Source: Clostridia bacterium
GTDB lineage: Bacteria; Bacillota; Clostridia; TANB77; CAG-508
Length of the DNA stretch: 64,000 bases
Reading direction: 5' to 3'
Assembly (NCBI GenBank): GCA_017533795.1
Contig: JAFWIH010000005.1
Location: 130,217-194,216, forward strand
Shown here: positions 18,830-28,740 of the stretch, in pieces
Numbering within the stretch: position 1 is the stretch's first letter
How the letters are laid out: every line of letters begins with the position of its first letter
Notes under the pieces: model-generated
Told to the model about the DNA's origin: nothing
The model's database searches: none
The model's input: only the letters and a program-made list of their open reading frames with translations
Made by a program: the position numbers and the translations under genes

Positions 18830-20467
18830 ATGGATTTAAAAAGAAGACAACCAATTGGTATTGAACTTGTTAAAAGAGGAGTTGCAACTGAAGGAAATAT
18901 AAAGGCAGCGCTAGACTATCAAAAAGACCACAGAAATAAAAAAATTGGAGATATTCTTCATATATTAGAATTATGTGACGATCAAAAGTTAATAGAGGCA
19001 ATAGGTGAAATAGTAGGCCAAAAAGGTGTATTAATAGACAGCAGTGATATTAAACTAAATATTACTGAATATATATCTATAGAGGTTGCTAAAAAGAATA
19101 AAGCTATTCCATTTGAAATAGAAGGAAATCACATAAAAGTATGCTTTGCTGAAAATACAAACATAAGAAGCATGGAAAACATAAGAATGCTTATGCTTAA
19201 TAAAGAGCTAATTATGGATCCATATATTACTTTTGAGAGTGATATATTAAGCATATTAAAATCTATAGATAGTGTTTCTGCATCAGACATGTCAAGAACA
19301 AGAAGTGCTGATTCTGTTACAGCATTAGTAGACTCAATTATAAGAAATGCTATGGAAAAAAGAGCAAGTGATATTCATATTGAACCTATGGAAAACAGCG
19401 TTAGAGTTAGATTTAGAATAGATGGTGAATTATTTACAGAAGACAACTTACAAAAGGAAAATCAATCTCAAATTATAGGAAGATTAAAAGCTATTTCGAA
19501 TATGCATCAAGAAAAGCAAGAAGCTCAAGATGGTAGAATTCTTTTGTATGATGACTATAATATTCGTGTATCTTCTCAAAAAAATGTATATGGAGAAAAA
19601 TTTGTTTTAAGGTTACTAAAAAAGAATGCAGATATTAGGAATATTTTTGAATTGGGATTCCCAGGAGATGAAGAATCTTTAGAAAGAAGTGTAAATAAAA
19701 GAAATTCATTGACCATTATGGCTGCACCAACAGGAGAAGGAAAAACAACAACACTATATAGCATTATAGATTACTTAAATAGGCCAGAAATTAATATTAC
19801 AACTATAGAAGACCCAGTAGAAATACGTATACCAGGGCTTAATCAAATTGAAATTGACGAAAAAACTAGGTTTGCTGATTCATTAAGAACAGTTTTAAGA
19901 CAAGACCCTGATGTAATTTTAGTTGGAGAAATAAGAGATACAGAAACAGCAGAAATTGCTGTACAAGCTGGACAAACAGGACATTATGTTTTGTCTACAA
20001 TACACACAATTGATGCAATCGAAGTAATTACTAGACTAAGAAAAATGGGATTATCAGATTATGATATTGCATCTACTGTTGCAACAACAATTTCACAAAG
20101 ATTGGTTAGAAGATTATGCCCAAAATGTAAAGCAGAAAGACAATTTACAAAAGAAGAAATTGATTTAATAGAATCTATAGGTAATAGATATAATTTTAAA
20201 TTTGATTTAAAAGATAATAAAACTTATGATGCAATAGGATGTAAACATTGCAATAATACGGGATATTATGACAGAATTGGATTATTTGAGGTATTAGACT
20301 TTACAGAAGATATAAAAGAACTTATTATGCAAGGTGCATCAAGTATTGAAATTAAAAGAAAAGCTCTAGAAGATCATTACAATCCATTAATTATTGATGG
20401 AATTAATAAAGTAATCAAAGGAAGTACAACTTTAGAAGAATTAAATAAAAAATTAGTGCTTTATTAA
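18830..20467 (+). CDS. pilB: Type IV pilus assembly ATPase PilB (GspE family)
   Basis: Walker A AAPTGEGKTTT, then VGEIRD and a tetracysteine motif CPKC...CKHC. Confidence 0.9.
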   Translation: MDLKRRQPIGIELVKRGVATEGNIKAALDYQKDHRNKKIGDILHILELCDDQKLIEAIGEIVGQKGVLIDSSDIKLNITEYISIEVAKKNKAIPFEIEGNHIKVCFAENTNIRSMENIRMLMLNKELIMDPYITFESDILSILKSIDSVSASDMSRTRSADSVTALVDSIIRNAMEKRASDIHIEPMENSVRVRFRIDGELFTEDNLQKENQSQIIGRLKAISNMHQEKQEAQDGRILLYDDYNIRVSSQKNVYGEKFVLRLLKKNADIRNIFELGFPGDEESLERSVNKRNSLTIMAAPTGEGKTTTLYSIIDYLNRPEINITTIEDPVEIRIPGLNQIEIDEKTRFADSLRTVLRQDPDVILVGEIRDTETAEIAVQAGQTGHYVLSTIHTIDAIEVITRLRKMGLSDYDIASTVATTISQRLVRRLCPKCKAERQFTKEEIDLIESIGNRYNFKFDLKDNKTYDAIGCKHCNNTGYYDRIGLFEVLDFTEDIKELIMQGASSIEIKRKALEDHYNPLIIDGINKVIKGSTTLEELNKKLVLY

Positions 20468-20488
20468 AATAAAGGAGGAACGATATAA

Positions 20489-21583
20489 ATGATAGACATG
20501 GATAAAATTATTGAAACTGCAATAAAAAAAGATGCATCTGATATTCACTTAATATGTGGAAACAAACCAATTTTAAGAATATTTAGAGAGTTGGTTCCTA
20601 TAGAGACAATGGATGTTCTAACACCAGAAGATATGAGCGAAATGTATGATTATTTAGTTAAAGGAAACTTAGACAAAGATGAATTGTTTAATAGAACAAA
20701 AAAGGTAGATATGTCTTATGAATATAAAGATACTAGATTAAGAGTAAATATTTCATTGTCAGATGAAATACCATTATGTACAATGAGACTTATAAAAAAT
20801 GATTTACCAAGTTATGAATCACTTGGAGTTCCTGATGTAGTAAGAAAAATGATGTATCAGCCACAGGGATTAGTTTTAGTTACTGGAAAGACAAATTCAG
20901 GTAAAACAACAACTCTAAACGCTTTAATTAATGATATAAACGAGAATCAAAATAGAAAAATATTAACTCTAGAAAATCCTGTAGAGTATAAGCATAAATC
21001 TAAAAAATCTCTAATAGTTCAAAAAGAAATAGGAAAAGGTAGAGATGTATTGACATTTAGTGATGGCGTAAAGAATTCATTAAGAGAAGACTGTGATATT
21101 CTGGTTATTGGAGAGATAAGAGATAAAGAAACAATGGAAGCTGGAATAGAAATGGCAGAATCAGGGCACTTAGTAATTGGTACTTTGCATACAAAGTCAT
21201 GTGCAGAAACAATTGATAGAATGATTAATTTTTACGAAGTAAAAGAGCAAGAATCTATAAAATACTTATTATCTTCATTATTAAAACTTGTAGTTTCACA
21301 AAGATTACTTAAAGGCGTAGATGATAAACTAGTTCTTGTACCAGAAGTAATGGTAGTTGACAATATTGTTTCTGGCGTAATTAGAAAAGAAAAGCTTAGT
21401 GTATCAGAGATAGAAGACGCTATTCAAAGTGCTTCTGACAAGGGAAGCATAGGCTTAATAAATTCAATTGCAAAACTATTTGTTGAAGATAAAATAACAT
21501 TAGACCAAGCAAAAGCGCAAATAGAAGAAAAAAATATTGAAATATTAAATAGAACAATTATGCAATTAAAAATAAAACGATAA
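20489..21583 (+). CDS. pilT: Twitching motility / retraction ATPase PilT
   Basis: ASDIHL, Walker A GKTNSGKTTT, VIGEIRD and GHLVIGTLHT motifs. Confidence 0.88.
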   Translation: MIDMDKIIETAIKKDASDIHLICGNKPILRIFRELVPIETMDVLTPEDMSEMYDYLVKGNLDKDELFNRTKKVDMSYEYKDTRLRVNISLSDEIPLCTMRLIKNDLPSYESLGVPDVVRKMMYQPQGLVLVTGKTNSGKTTTLNALINDINENQNRKILTLENPVEYKHKSKKSLIVQKEIGKGRDVLTFSDGVKNSLREDCDILVIGEIRDKETMEAGIEMAESGHLVIGTLHTKSCAETIDRMINFYEVKEQESIKYLLSSLLKLVVSQRLLKGVDDKLVLVPEVMVVDNIVSGVIRKEKLSVSEIEDAIQSASDKGSIGLINSIAKLFVEDKITLDQAKAQIEEKNIEILNRTIMQLKIKR

Positions 21584-21603
21584 GATAAGGAGGAAGAACC
21601 TAT

Positions 21604-22956
21604 ATGCCTATCTACGTATATAGAGCTGTTACAAAAAGTGGGGTAATTGTAAAGAACAGAGTTGAAGAAGCAAGCAGACAGGTATTATTAAAAAAGATAA
21701 AAGATAACGGCTTAGTTCCTATAGATGTTATACAAACTGCATATAAAACTGCAAATTTAAGACAAAATAAAAGAAAAAAGAAAAACTTAACAGATGCAGA
21801 CGAAGTTTTACAATATGCAAACACAAGCCAAATAGGAAGTACGCAAATTAAAAGTTTATCAACAAGAGAAAAAATTAGCTTGTTTTTAACTAAAACAGAT
21901 AAAATAACACCAAATGATGTTGCAGTTTTTACACAGAACTTTTTGTTACTAAAAAAAGCAAATTTTAATAATATACATGCATTAAACACTATTATACAAA
22001 GTACAGAAAACTTATCTTTTAAAGGTGTACTAGAAGATATTTTGGCAGGTGTAGAAGCCGGAGAAAACATGTATACAACTATGGAGTATTATTCAAATAT
22101 TTTTCCATACATTTATATAAATATGATAAAAGTTGGAGAGCAATCAGGATCTTTAACTAATTCTTTAGAGCAGGCTTTAAAATATCTAGATGATACACAA
22201 AAAATAAATAGAAAACTAAAAAGCATTTTAATACCAAATATTGTACAATTTTTACTATTAATTGTATTACTTTTTGTAGGAACTTTATATGCTATTCCAA
22301 CAATACAAAATGTCTTTGTGGAATTAGGATCTAATGCGACTTTGCCAGCAATAACACTTTGGTTCCAGGGAGTAGTAAATAATTTAGTAAGATTTTGGTA
22401 TATACCTACATTTTTAATTTTAGTTGCAGGTAGTGCTATTGCATTTTATATAAATACACCTAAAGGAAAATATAATTTCCATTATTTTAAATATACTATG
22501 CCTATATTTGGAAAATTAATCTATAAGCTTGATTTTTCAAGGTTAATGAAAGCAATGTATTTAAATCTACAAAATGGAATGAGAATTCAAGATGCATTGG
22601 AAGTAAGTAAAAATGTTATTAAAAACTATATAATGCTTTCAATGGTTGAAACTGCAATAAACAATACTTTAATAGGTACATCATGGGTAGAACCATTTGA
22701 GAGGTCAAGTTTTTCTACTTCTATGCAAACAGAGATGCTTAAGATTGGTATGCAAACTGATCTTTCAGAAATGATAGGCAAATTAGTAGAGTATATGGAT
22801 GTAGAAATAGACATAGAAATAAACAGAATTATGAAAGTATTGCCAGAGGTTGTATATGCAATTGTTGGTGTAGTACTAATATTCTTCGTAATTGTTGTAC
22901 TTGTACCATGTATTCAAGTTTATATGGGTAACTGGTTATTTGATGCATATCTATAA
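21604..22956 (+). CDS. pilC: Type IV pilus platform protein PilC (GspF family)
   Basis: 450 aa with duplicated T2SS-F-like domains and 3 TM regions. Confidence 0.85.
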   Translation: MPIYVYRAVTKSGVIVKNRVEEASRQVLLKKIKDNGLVPIDVIQTAYKTANLRQNKRKKKNLTDADEVLQYANTSQIGSTQIKSLSTREKISLFLTKTDKITPNDVAVFTQNFLLLKKANFNNIHALNTIIQSTENLSFKGVLEDILAGVEAGENMYTTMEYYSNIFPYIYINMIKVGEQSGSLTNSLEQALKYLDDTQKINRKLKSILIPNIVQFLLLIVLLFVGTLYAIPTIQNVFVELGSNATLPAITLWFQGVVNNLVRFWYIPTFLILVAGSAIAFYINTPKGKYNFHYFKYTMPIFGKLIYKLDFSRLMKAMYLNLQNGMRIQDALEVSKNVIKNYIMLSMVETAINNTLIGTSWVEPFERSSFSTSMQTEMLKIGMQTDLSEMIGKLVEYMDVEIDIEINRIMKVLPEVVYAIVGVVLIFFVIVVLVPCIQVYMGNWLFDAYL

Positions 22957-22975
22957 ACCCGTAAGGAGGTTTTCA

Positions 22976-23869
22976 ATGAAAATTGGAATTGATTTAGGGG
23001 GAAGTCATATTGCCGTTGGATTAATTGAATCTAGCGGCAAAGTGCTTTCAAAAAAAGAAGTTCAGATTTTAAAAGAAGATGAGAATAATATTAAGGATGT
23101 AATAGAGAATTATATTTTTGGAGCTATAGAAGAATTTAGGCAAAAAGGTAAAATAGAAAGCATTGGTGTTGCAATTCCGGGTACAGTTAGCAAAACTACA
23201 GTTGTTAAGTCTGTTAACCTTGGTCTAGAGAATTATAATATAGTAGAAGCATTACATAAAAGAATACAAGAGCCAATAAAAATAAAAAATGATGCCAAAT
23301 GTGCAGCTATTGCAGAAAATACATATGGTTCAATAAAACAATATAGTAGTTCTCTTTTTTTGACTTTAGGAACAGGAATTGGTGGTGCTGCAATATTTGA
23401 AAATAAACTTCTAAGTCCTGAAGATGTTCCAGGGTTTGAATTTGGACATATGATAATAAAACATAATGGAAAGCTATGTAAATGTGGAAAAAGAGGCTGC
23501 TTTGAGCAATATGGGTCAATGAAAGCATTTAAGCAAAAAATAATAGAAGAGTTAGAACTAGATAATAAAATTGATGGAGAACAATTGCTTAAAGTAGTAG
23601 AAAATGAAAAAGATAGCCATATTATGCAAGAAATAATAGACGAATACATAACAGATTTAAGTATAGGTATATCAAATTTAATAAATATATTCGAACCAGA
23701 AGCTATAGGAATAGGAGGAAGCTTTGTTTATTTTGCAGATATATTATTACCAAAACTAAAAGATAAAATACTAAGCGATAACTTGTTATTTAATAAAAGG
23801 GAAAGTTTAATAATAAATACAGCAATGCTAGGAAATGATGCGGGCATGATAGGAGCAAGTCTGATTTAA
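22976..23869 (+). CDS. glk: ROK-family glucokinase
   Basis: MKIGIDLGGSHIAVG start after AAGGAGG, and a CKCGKRGCFEQ zinc motif. The track ORF start at 22892 lies inside pilC and is rejected. Confidence 0.85.
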   Translation: MKIGIDLGGSHIAVGLIESSGKVLSKKEVQILKEDENNIKDVIENYIFGAIEEFRQKGKIESIGVAIPGTVSKTTVVKSVNLGLENYNIVEALHKRIQEPIKIKNDAKCAAIAENTYGSIKQYSSSLFLTLGTGIGGAAIFENKLLSPEDVPGFEFGHMIIKHNGKLCKCGKRGCFEQYGSMKAFKQKIIEELELDNKIDGEQLLKVVENEKDSHIMQEIIDEYITDLSIGISNLINIFEPEAIGIGGSFVYFADILLPKLKDKILSDNLLFNKRESLIINTAMLGNDAGMIGASLI

Positions 23870-23880
23870 TTTCTAGCTAA

Positions 23881-23954
23881 AGAGTCAACCACCGGCTCCA
23901 ACCAATGGGGACGAGATTCCAACCACCGGAGACGGGTTCGATTTGGTTGACTCT
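23881..23954. repeat. GC-rich intergenic repeat, copy C (composite and degenerate)
   Basis: Outer 10-bp inverted repeat AGAGTCAACC / GGTTGACTCT. Contains CAACCAATGGGGACG and CAACCACCGGAGACGGGTTCGATTTGGTTGAC units. Confidence 0.75.
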
Positions 23955-24020
23955 ATTAGTTTAAAAGTTGACTTTAGGCTTAATTTATAGTATAATAATT
24001 GGCGTTGAAAGGAGATATTA

Positions 24021-25712
24021 ATGACAGAAAAAAAATTAACAAAAAATGATGGAAACGCAGGAAGCGTTAAGATTATTCCACTTGGTGGATTGCATGAGGT
24101 CGGCAAAAACATCACAGTTATTGAATACCAAGATGAAATAATTGTTGTAGACTGTGGAATGACATTCCCAGGTGATGATATGTTAGGAGTGGACTTGGTT
24201 ATACCAGATGTAACATATCTAATAAGAAATAAAGAAAAAATTAAAGGATTAATTGTAACCCATGGTCATGAAGACCACATTGGGGCTATTCCTTATGTCT
24301 TAAAGCAAGTTAATATGCCAATTTATGCAACTAGATTAACTGCAGGATTAATAGGGAACAAGTTAGAAGAACATAAGCTTAAAAGAAGCACTAAAATGCA
24401 TGTTGTAAAACCTGGAAGAACTATTAAACTTGGAAGTTTTAGAGTAGAGTTTATTCAAAGTAGCCACAGCATTCCAGATTCCGTTATGCTTGCAATAAAA
24501 ACACCTGTAGGCACAATACTTCATACCGGTGACTTTAAGGTAGATTATACACCTATAGATGGAAAGATAATTGACCTAGGAAGAATTGCAGAACTTGGGA
24601 AAAATGGAGTTTTAGCACTTCTTTCAGATAGTACAAATGCTGAAAGAAAAGGATTTACAATGTCAGAAAAATCTGTTGGAGAAGTTTTTGACAAATTGTT
24701 TTTCCATTGCCATAAAAGAATAATAATTGCTACATTTGCATCAAATGTTCACAGGGTACAACAGATTATAGATTGTGCAATAAAATATAAAAGAAAAGTT
24801 GCTGTAAGCGGCAGAAGTATGGAAAAAATAATAGAGACAGCAAAAGAACTAGGATATCTAAAATGCCCAGATAATATATTTATAGATATTGACATGATGA
24901 ATAACTACACAGATGAGCAACTAGTTGTAATTACAACAGGTAGTCAGGGCGAAGCTATGTCTGCACTTACAAGAATGGCTGCAGGTGAACACAGAAAATT
25001 AAAAGTAACACCAAATGATAGGGTAATAATATCAGCAAACCCAATACCTGGAAATGAAAAAAGCATATCTAAGGTAATAGATGACTTAATGAAAATCGGA
25101 GCTGAGGTTATTTATAGCGCATTAGAGCATGTACATGTTTCTGGACATGCGTGTCAAGAAGAACAAAAATTAATTTTTGCATTAACAAAACCCAAATATT
25201 TTGTGCCAGTTCATGGAGAGTATAAACATTTAATGGCTCACAGTGAAACTGCTCAACTTATGGGAGTTAAAAAAGAAAATATATTTATGATGACAAATGG
25301 TAGAGTTTTAGAATTAAAAGAAAATTCTGCAAAATTAACTGGAACAGTACCAAATGGAAAAATTCTAGTTGATGGCTTAGGAGTTGGAGATGTAGGAAAT
25401 ATAGTTTTAAGAGACAGACAGCATTTGTCACAAGAGGGATTAATAATAATAGTAATTACTATGGATAAAGCTTCAGGAGAGGTGGTAGCTGGACCAGATG
25501 TAATATCTAGAGGTTTTGTATATGTTAAAGAATCAGAAAATTTAATGGATGAAGTAAAAAGTGTTGTACGCACAGAAATAAGAAAGTGTGAAGAAGAAGG
25601 AATACAAGACTGGTCTACAATTAAAGGAACAGTTAAAGAAAACCTAAAAGATTATATATTTAGTAAAACAAGACGTAACCCTATGATTTTACCAATTATT
25701 ATGGAAGTGTAA
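24021..25712 (+). CDS. rnj: Ribonuclease J
   Basis: Metallo-beta-lactamase motif VTHGHEDHIGA, a beta-CASP region, 563 aa. Confidence 0.92.
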   Translation: MTEKKLTKNDGNAGSVKIIPLGGLHEVGKNITVIEYQDEIIVVDCGMTFPGDDMLGVDLVIPDVTYLIRNKEKIKGLIVTHGHEDHIGAIPYVLKQVNMPIYATRLTAGLIGNKLEEHKLKRSTKMHVVKPGRTIKLGSFRVEFIQSSHSIPDSVMLAIKTPVGTILHTGDFKVDYTPIDGKIIDLGRIAELGKNGVLALLSDSTNAERKGFTMSEKSVGEVFDKLFFHCHKRIIIATFASNVHRVQQIIDCAIKYKRKVAVSGRSMEKIIETAKELGYLKCPDNIFIDIDMMNNYTDEQLVVITTGSQGEAMSALTRMAAGEHRKLKVTPNDRVIISANPIPGNEKSISKVIDDLMKIGAEVIYSALEHVHVSGHACQEEQKLIFALTKPKYFVPVHGEYKHLMAHSETAQLMGVKKENIFMMTNGRVLELKENSAKLTGTVPNGKILVDGLGVGDVGNIVLRDRQHLSQEGLIIIVITMDKASGEVVAGPDVISRGFVYVKESENLMDEVKSVVRTEIRKCEEEGIQDWSTIKGTVKENLKDYIFSKTRRNPMILPIIMEV

Positions 25713-25724
25713 ATTTCCAACATC

Positions 25725-25764
25725 AACTGCGGTCAACCACGGGGGACGGGTTCGTTTTGGTTGA
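25725..25764. repeat. GC-rich intergenic repeat, copy D (single arm)
   Basis: GGTCAACCACGGGGGACGGGTTCGTTTTGGTTGA. It shares a 25-nt block with copy E in the opposite orientation. Confidence 0.75.
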
Positions 25765-25783
25765 AATGAAAGGATAGATATAA

Positions 25784-27436
25784 ATGGTTTATAAGGATTT
25801 GGCAGATATTATTTTCCCAAATGCAAAAGACATATCTTATTATGAGGAGAAATATCCAAGTAGAAATTTAAAAGAGGGAGCAATGGTACTAAGAGTTGCA
25901 CCAAGTCCTACAGGAAATGTACACATAGGAACTGTGTATCAGGCGTTGATTGCTAAAAAGCTTGCAAAGCAAACAGATGGGGTTTTCTTCTTAAGAATTG
26001 AAGATACAGATCAAAAAAGGGAAATAGATGGTGGAATATTACAAATAATTGATACTTTAAAAAATTTTGACTTAGAACCTGATGAAGGAATGATTTCTGA
26101 AACAGAAGAAAAAGGAGCATATGGTCCATATAAACAAAGTCAAAGAAAAGAAATCTACCAAGCATATGCTAAATACTTAATAGAGCAAGGAAAAGCCTAT
26201 CCATGCTTCTGCACGCCAGAAGAATTAGATGAGATAAGAGCAAAACAAGAGGCTGCTAAAATTAGACCAGGATATTACGGAGTATGGGCAAAGTATAGAA
26301 CATTTCCAGTAGAAGATGCAGTTAAAAAGATACAAGCAGGAGAACAATATATAGTAAGATTCAAGTCACAAGGTCGAGAAGATAGAAGAATAAAACATAA
26401 GGACATAATAAAAGGAAATGTTGATTTCCCGGAAAACGATCAAGATATAGTAATTATAAAATCTGATGGACTTCCAACGTATCATTTTGCACATGTAATT
26501 GATGATCATTTAATGGGAACAACACATGTAACAAGGGGAGATGAGTGGCTTTCATCAGTTCCATTACATTTACAATTGTTTTATGAACTTGGATTTAAAG
26601 CACCTAAATATGCACATACGCCAACACTTTTGAAAAGTGATAATGGTAATAAACGTAAAATCAGTAAGAGAAAGGATCCAGAAGCTGCAGCTTCATACTA
26701 TCAAGAGGTTGGAATTCCTAGCTTAGCAGTAAAAGAATACTTATTAAATATAGGAAATTCATCATTTGAAAATTGGAAAAGACAAAATAAGGAAAAAACG
26801 ATAGATGAATTTGAATTTCAGTTAAACAAAATGAGTGTTAGTGGTGCTTTATTTGATATGGTAAAATTATTAGATGTATCTAAAATTGTAATTTCTAGAT
26901 TTTCTGCTGAGGAAGTTTATGAACAAACTATAGCATGGGCAAAAAAATATGATGCAGAACTTTTAAAATTATTAGAAAATAAAGATTATTCGCTAAAAGT
27001 TTTAGGAATAGAAAGAGGCAATAAAAAGCCAAGAAAAGATATTGCAAAATGGTCAGATGTAAAAGATAATATTGATTACATGTATGATGAAGAATTCTTT
27101 AAAAAAGCACATAACTATGAATATCAAGTAATTTCAGATAAAAGTGATATTGATAAAATATTAACCCTTTATATGGAAAAATATTATAATGAAAATGATG
27201 ACAAACAAACATGGTTTGATAAAATAAAAGAACTTGCAGGAGAAATGGGATATGCAAAAGAGGTAAAAGAATTTAAGGCAAATCCTGAAGCTTACAAAGC
27301 TCATGTGGGAGACGTGAGTACAGTTTTAAGAATTGCATTAACAGGAAGAGCAAACACTCCAGACATGTATGAAATTATGCAAGTGCTTGGAAAAGAAAGC
27401 ATCAAAAAAAGATTCGAAAAGGCTATGGAAAAATAA
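25784..27436 (+). CDS. gltX: Glutamate--tRNA ligase (class I, GlxRS family)
   Basis: RVAPSPTGNVHIGT (HIGH), LRIEDTD, and KISKRK (KMSKS). Confidence 0.85.
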   Translation: MVYKDLADIIFPNAKDISYYEEKYPSRNLKEGAMVLRVAPSPTGNVHIGTVYQALIAKKLAKQTDGVFFLRIEDTDQKREIDGGILQIIDTLKNFDLEPDEGMISETEEKGAYGPYKQSQRKEIYQAYAKYLIEQGKAYPCFCTPEELDEIRAKQEAAKIRPGYYGVWAKYRTFPVEDAVKKIQAGEQYIVRFKSQGREDRRIKHKDIIKGNVDFPENDQDIVIIKSDGLPTYHFAHVIDDHLMGTTHVTRGDEWLSSVPLHLQLFYELGFKAPKYAHTPTLLKSDNGNKRKISKRKDPEAAASYYQEVGIPSLAVKEYLLNIGNSSFENWKRQNKEKTIDEFEFQLNKMSVSGALFDMVKLLDVSKIVISRFSAEEVYEQTIAWAKKYDAELLKLLENKDYSLKVLGIERGNKKPRKDIAKWSDVKDNIDYMYDEEFFKKAHNYEYQVISDKSDIDKILTLYMEKYYNENDDKQTWFDKIKELAGEMGYAKEVKEFKANPEAYKAHVGDVSTVLRIALTGRANTPDMYEIMQVLGKESIKKRFEKAMEK

Positions 27437-27438
27437 AT

Positions 27439-27625
27439 ATGGAATATAATATAGGAGATATAGTAAGAACAAAAAAACAACATCCTTGTGGAAGCAAGCT
27501 ATGGGAAATAATTAGAGTTGGTGTAGATTTTAAATTAAAATGCCAAGGATGTGGTCATGTTGTCACTTTAGAGAGACAAAAGGCAATAAAAGCAATAACT
27601 AAAATTGAAAAAAAGCGGTCAATAG
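27439..27625 (+). CDS. DUF951-family small protein. A +1 shift at the in-frame CGG at 27616 gives a 61-aa product.
   Basis: IVRTKKQHPCGSKLWEIIRVGVDFKLKCQGCGH is DUF951-like. The 0-frame (track ORF to 27756) reads straight through a terminator hairpin and the next gene's RBS. Confidence 0.7.
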
Positions 27626-27652
27626 GTACTTCCTATCTGATCGCTTTTTTTT
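27612..27652 (+). terminator. Intrinsic terminator after the DUF951 gene
   Basis: Stem AAAGCGGTCA / TGATCGCTTT (one G-U pair) followed by T8. Confidence 0.65.
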
Positions 27653-27724
27653 CACAAAATGCAATAATTTGTCATATAATAGAGTATAGCATCAAACAAG
27701 GTGTTATATTGGAGGTGACATTTA

Positions 27725-28003
27725 GTGGAACCACAAGAAAAAGGATATTATTATGATGAGCCACAATACAAATGTGGGGGAAATAAGAATTGCATTGGAA
27801 TTGTAGCAGTTATATTACTTGTTGCATTTGCTACTGTTATTGGACTAATAATTGGTGCTGCAATATCAACAGCTGTACTTGCTGCATTACCTGCTGTAAT
27901 TATATTAGCAGTTGTATTAGGGCTATTATTTATATTGGCAGTAATTTTAGCATTCTGTAACAAAAAGAAAAAAGGTAAAAAAAAAGAAGAACAGCATTGC
28001 TAG
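27725..28003 (+). CDS. Hypothetical small membrane protein (2 TM helices, Lys-rich tail)
   Basis: GTG start 6 nt after GGAGGTG. Highly hydrophobic core. Confidence 0.5.
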   Translation: MEPQEKGYYYDEPQYKCGGNKNCIGIVAVILLVAFATVIGLIIGAAISTAVLAALPAVIILAVVLGLLFILAVILAFCNKKKKGKKKEEQHC

Positions 28004-28039
28004 TTGATTATCTACTGAAAGATTAAAAATCACTTAAAT

Positions 28040-28120
28040 TGAGGACGAAAGAACGGTCAAAGGGGACGGAGGATTTTGACAGAAAACCTGTCAAAATCCT
28101 CCGTCCCCTTTGACCGTTCT
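28040..28120. repeat. GC-rich palindromic intergenic repeat, copy B
   Basis: Perfect 33-bp arms AGAACGGTCAAAGGGGACGGAGGATTTTGACAG (28050-28082 and 28088-28120). The right end overlaps the engB stop by 2 nt. Confidence 0.85.
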
Positions 28121-28700
28121 ATAGATATTTTTCTAATATTTCCCAAACAGCTTCATGATAAATTTTCCTTTCAGAAGAAAAAGGTAGAAAGATAGCATCT
28201 TTCATAGGATTAATACACTTTTGCAATTCTTGAACAGCAGCATCTACTTTTGTTATTGCAATCTTGTCAGCTTTATTTGCAATAATAATAAATGGCAATC
28301 CAGACTTTATTATATAGTCGTACATCAATTTGTCATTTTCTGTAGGTTTGTGTCTTATATCTAACAAGAACACAACTAAAGAAATTTGATTTCTTTTCTT
28401 TAAGTAGGCATCTGTAAAACTACCTACTTGAGCTTGTTCTTTTTTAGACATTTTGCTAAAACCGTAACCTGGTAAATCAACAAAGTAAAACAAGTCATCT
28501 ATATTATAAAAATTAATCTGTCTAGTTTTACCTGGTTCACTACTAGTTCTAGCAAGTTTTTTTCTATTAATCATAGTATTTATAAAGCTTGATTTTCCAA
28601 CGTTAGACTTTCCAACCAATACAATCTCTGGTAACCCATTTGTAGGGTATTGCGTTGGACTAACAGCCGAAACTTCAAATTTAGGATTATTAATTATCAT
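28119..28700 (-). CDS. engB: Ribosome biogenesis GTPase EngB/YsxC
   Basis: GKSNVGKSSFIN (G1), DLPGYG (G3), NKADK (G4). Confidence 0.92.
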   Translation of the reverse strand: MIINNPKFEVSAVSPTQYPTNGLPEIVLVGKSNVGKSSFINTMINRKKLARTSSEPGKTRQINFYNIDDLFYFVDLPGYGFSKMSKKEQAQVGSFTDAYLKKRNQISLVVFLLDIRHKPTENDKLMYDYIIKSGLPFIIIANKADKIAITKVDAAVQELQKCINPMKDAIFLPFSSERKIYHEAVWEILEKYL

Positions 28701-28740
28701 CTTAATGCTCCTTATCCATTATTATAATCAAAAATTAATT

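Noticed and set aside
22892-22975. The extended N-terminus of the glucokinase ORF, which overlaps pilC.
   Set aside because: The conserved ROK N-terminus MKIGIDLGG starts at 22976 directly after AAGGAGG. The upstream extension lies inside pilC coding sequence.
27608-27614. A homopolymer (A7) length error as the explanation for the DUF951 read-through.
   Set aside because: Not fully rejected. A 1-nt error in the A-run would have the same frame effect as the CGG shift. It is listed as the main alternative for that one site. The other four sites have no homopolymer.
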